Assembly (NCBI GenBank): GCA_963833125.1
Contig: CAWHWX010000016.1
Span: 256,001-320,000, forward strand
Length of the DNA stretch: 64,000 nucleotides
Direction: 5' to 3'
Origin: Candidatus Bathyarchaeota archaeon
Lineage (GTDB): Archaea > Thermoproteota > Bathyarchaeia > 40CM-2-53-6
Both the position numbers and the translations under genes were made by a program. This document shows positions 61,568 to 64,000 of this stretch, one piece after another; the first letter of the stretch is position 1; each line of letters starts with the position of its first letter. The notes below the pieces were generated by a model. It worked only from the letters and a program-made list of their open reading frames with translations. It was not told the DNA's origin and did no database searches.

Positions 61568-63094
61568 ATGTCGGGAAGGTTGAAGCTGCTCGTCGTCCTT
61601 CTCCTAATGTCTGTTGTACTTGCGTTTCCGCCCAGAGCTAACGCGGCTATTTTCGTTTCAATTTCCCCAACATCACAAAGCGCGCCTCAAGGTAGCCAGG
61701 CTAGCTATACTGTGTCATTTAGTGGTGGATTGTTGGGGGCGACTTATGCATTCAGCCTCTCAGGCCTGAGTGGATATGCCAGCTACTATTTCTCACCTAG
61801 CCAGGTGAACGCGATCTCAGGATCCAGTACTCTGGTCATAAGCACTACACAGGTTCCTGGGACGTACTGCCCCGGAAGTTACGCATTCACTGTCAGCGTA
61901 ACCAACACTGGTGCTCCAGTGGATACAGGTTCGGCGTCCGCGAGCTTGTACGTGTCTCTCGTTCCTCCACCTTTGATTGTGGGCGTTTCGACGGATAAGT
62001 CGTCTTATGTGCAGGGTGACAAGATAATTCTGCAAGTTTCGGTGAACAGGCCGGCCGAGGGCACCATTAGCGTGAGACCCCCTAGTGGTGCGCCAATAAC
62101 GTACACCTTCGCCACGTATTCCGCAAGGATTGTGACGAGAACGCTGACTGCTTCCCAACCATACGGAACCTACACTGTAAATGTTCAGGCGGATGATTAT
62201 TGCAACTCCTTCAACAGCGCGACAACCTCCTACTCGGTCGGTCCAAACACTTACTCGGTTTCGATCCAATTATCAGGCGTACCAACACAGTATTCCGCCG
62301 CCATACAAATTGACGGAGTAAATGAGGGAACAGCTCCTGGGTCTCAACCCAAAACACTTTCGTTCCCGATTGGCACGACCCACACTCTCACGGTTGATCA
62401 ATACGTTTCCGGAGACACAGGCGTTCGATACTACTGTGCCCAGAATACTTGGAGTTTCAGTTCAACCGACAGTCACACATTCAATTACCAGACACAATAC
62501 CAACTCACGGTTACAACAAATCCTGCTAATGTGACGCAAGTTTCTGGCGGAGGTTGGTTCAACGCTGGGGACAGCGCGCAAACAAGTCAGGCCCCGCAAA
62601 CCGTCCCGGGAGCAACTGGCGTTCAGTATCAATTCCAGAATTGGACCGTAGATGGCAATCCGCAAACCGGGAACCAAATCACTGTGATCATGAATGGGCC
62701 CCACACTGCCGTTGCCACGTATGGCACGCAATACCTCCTAACACTAGTTTCGCCCGGAGGACTTGGGAATCCTCAGGGCGGGGGCTACTATAACGCAGGA
62801 TCAACTGCTCAATTCTCAGTAACCTCACCCGTAGGCTATTTGGTTCAGCAGGTTTTCGTACAATGGCAGGGCGACTACTCGGGCACATCACCGCAAGGCT
62901 CCATAACTATGGATGGCCCCAAGACTGTTAACGCAGCATGGACCACGAGCTACACAAATGCGTACCTTGCTGGCGGGGCAATCATAGTGCTTGCGCTAGT
63001 TGCGGCGGTTTTGGTTTTGCGTCGTGGCCGTAGCAAGGGAACGGCGAAAGAGACTAAACCTGAAGACAAACCCGAAGAGAAGAAGGAAAAGTAA
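61568..63094 (+). CDS. Membrane-anchored surface protein with Ig-like and InlB-B/Flg_new-like repeats
   Basis: Signal peptide, V.TDKS.Y..GD, TQY.LT....G.G.(W/Y)..G..A...F..W repeats, C-terminal TM plus charged tail. Confidence 0.8.
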   Translation: MSGRLKLLVVLLLMSVVLAFPPRANAAIFVSISPTSQSAPQGSQASYTVSFSGGLLGATYAFSLSGLSGYASYYFSPSQVNAISGSSTLVISTTQVPGTYCPGSYAFTVSVTNTGAPVDTGSASASLYVSLVPPPLIVGVSTDKSSYVQGDKIILQVSVNRPAEGTISVRPPSGAPITYTFATYSARIVTRTLTASQPYGTYTVNVQADDYCNSFNSATTSYSVGPNTYSVSIQLSGVPTQYSAAIQIDGVNEGTAPGSQPKTLSFPIGTTHTLTVDQYVSGDTGVRYYCAQNTWSFSSTDSHTFNYQTQYQLTVTTNPANVTQVSGGGWFNAGDSAQTSQAPQTVPGATGVQYQFQNWTVDGNPQTGNQITVIMNGPHTAVATYGTQYLLTLVSPGGLGNPQGGGYYNAGSTAQFSVTSPVGYLVQQVFVQWQGDYSGTSPQGSITMDGPKTVNAAWTTSYTNAYLAGGAIIVLALVAAVLVLRRGRSKGTAKETKPEDKPEEKKEK

Positions 63095-63252
63095 CAGCTC
63101 TCGCCTCGGAAGATCTGTTAGCGCGTAAGGATTCCCCATTTGGAGCGCGTTTTACTGCGCCGTTCAAGGGGTAATTTTGCAAAGTTCTAGTCATCTAGCT
63201 TAAATAATGTCACATGGTGCGAGGTAGTTAGGAAATCAGGGTTGCATTTGTT

Positions 63253-64000
63253 GTGAGATACTCGCACTCGCTCACACTGATTAGTGTGGTAATCATCGCT
63301 ATTCTTGCATCTCCTCAGGCATATGCATCACCCGTAAGCGTCTCCATTTCACCCACCAACCAGGCCGTCCCGCAGGGAACGAGCGCATCGTATACGTTGT
63401 CTCTTACGGGCGCCTCGGCAACATCTTTCGCTCTTACCACGTCCGGCCTGTCTGGGTCGGGGGCATCGTTTTCGTCTAACCCAGTCTCGACCCCACCCGG
63501 AAGCGGCACTGGTGCGGGAAGTACCACCTTAACGATTCCTACGACGGGTGCTCCAGGGTTCTATTGCCCAGGCAGTTACTCATTCACAGTCATGGCGACA
63601 AATGCAACGGATGGCCCTTTACCCAGTCCTCCAGGTGCACAGAATCCTGAGACTGGCTCAGCCAGTGCTACGCTTACCGTTGTTCAAGTTGGTCCACCAC
63701 TTTCAGTCAGTGTCGCAGCGGATAAGTCTGTGTATACTGTTGGCGATAAAGTAACGATTCTTTTGTCGGCGAACAGGCCTGCTGAGGGTCGGCTCACTAT
63801 ATCCCCTCCATCTGGAGCGCCGTCAGTCTTCGATTACCAGCTGCTCCTAGGAAGTTATAGCATAACTAAAACCCTAACGGCATCTACGATCGGGCACTGG
63901 ACGGTGTCATTTCAAGCCGACGACTACTGCTCTGGAGTTAGTAGCGCACAAACCTCTTTCGACGTGTCACCGAACACTTACGATGTTTCACTCTCACTCA
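63253..64000 (+). CDS. Paralog of the 61568 surface protein (partial, runs off window end)
   Basis: GTG start; VSISPT.Q..PQG..ASYT, YCPGSY.FTV, NRPAEG, QADDYC shared with 61568. Confidence 0.8.
   Translation, partial: MRYSHSLTLISVVIIAILASPQAYASPVSVSISPTNQAVPQGTSASYTLSLTGASATSFALTTSGLSGSGASFSSNPVSTPPGSGTGAGSTTLTIPTTGAPGFYCPGSYSFTVMATNATDGPLPSPPGAQNPETGSASATLTVVQVGPPLSVSVAADKSVYTVGDKVTILLSANRPAEGRLTISPPSGAPSVFDYQLLLGSYSITKTLTASTIGHWTVSFQADDYCSGVSSAQTSFDVSPNTYDVSLSL

Overview
Archaeal chromosome segment, about 50% GC, with no CRISPR array, rRNA or mobile element recognised. TFE, TBP, aMBF1, Trm56, eL38, a split A/V-type ATPase operon (A-B-D only), tetraether synthase plus geranylgeranyl reductase and a BHB-intron tRNA-Val point to a TACK archaeon, most likely Bathyarchaeia (inference). 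Most of the window is housekeeping or metabolic: guaA, ppdK, mdh, ggt, larB/larE, a MIO lyase, an acyl-CoA dehydrogenase and a MoxR operon. About ten genes are broken, mostly by apparent single extra bases, which looks like long-read indel error rather than decay. The best candidate for an undescribed system is a cell-surface island at 38.7-46.1 kb. It holds two paralogous secreted proteins, each with 14 W-A-V-G-type repeats (predicted double 7-bladed propeller), cysteine-bracketed variable loops, a Ser/Thr stalk and an IPGFPxES sorting tail, flanking an un-called RHH regulator. Other oddities: a stand-alone TFS-like zinc ribbon, an acidic L35Ae-fold paralog, an RHH-fused degenerate nucleotidyltransferase, an Rpn11-like JAMM protease, a GT2 plus radical SAM pair, a KaiC-like plus tandem V4R-like pair, a lone ORB-like box and a probable CTG start codon. 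All family assignments come from motif recognition by eye; no searches were run.
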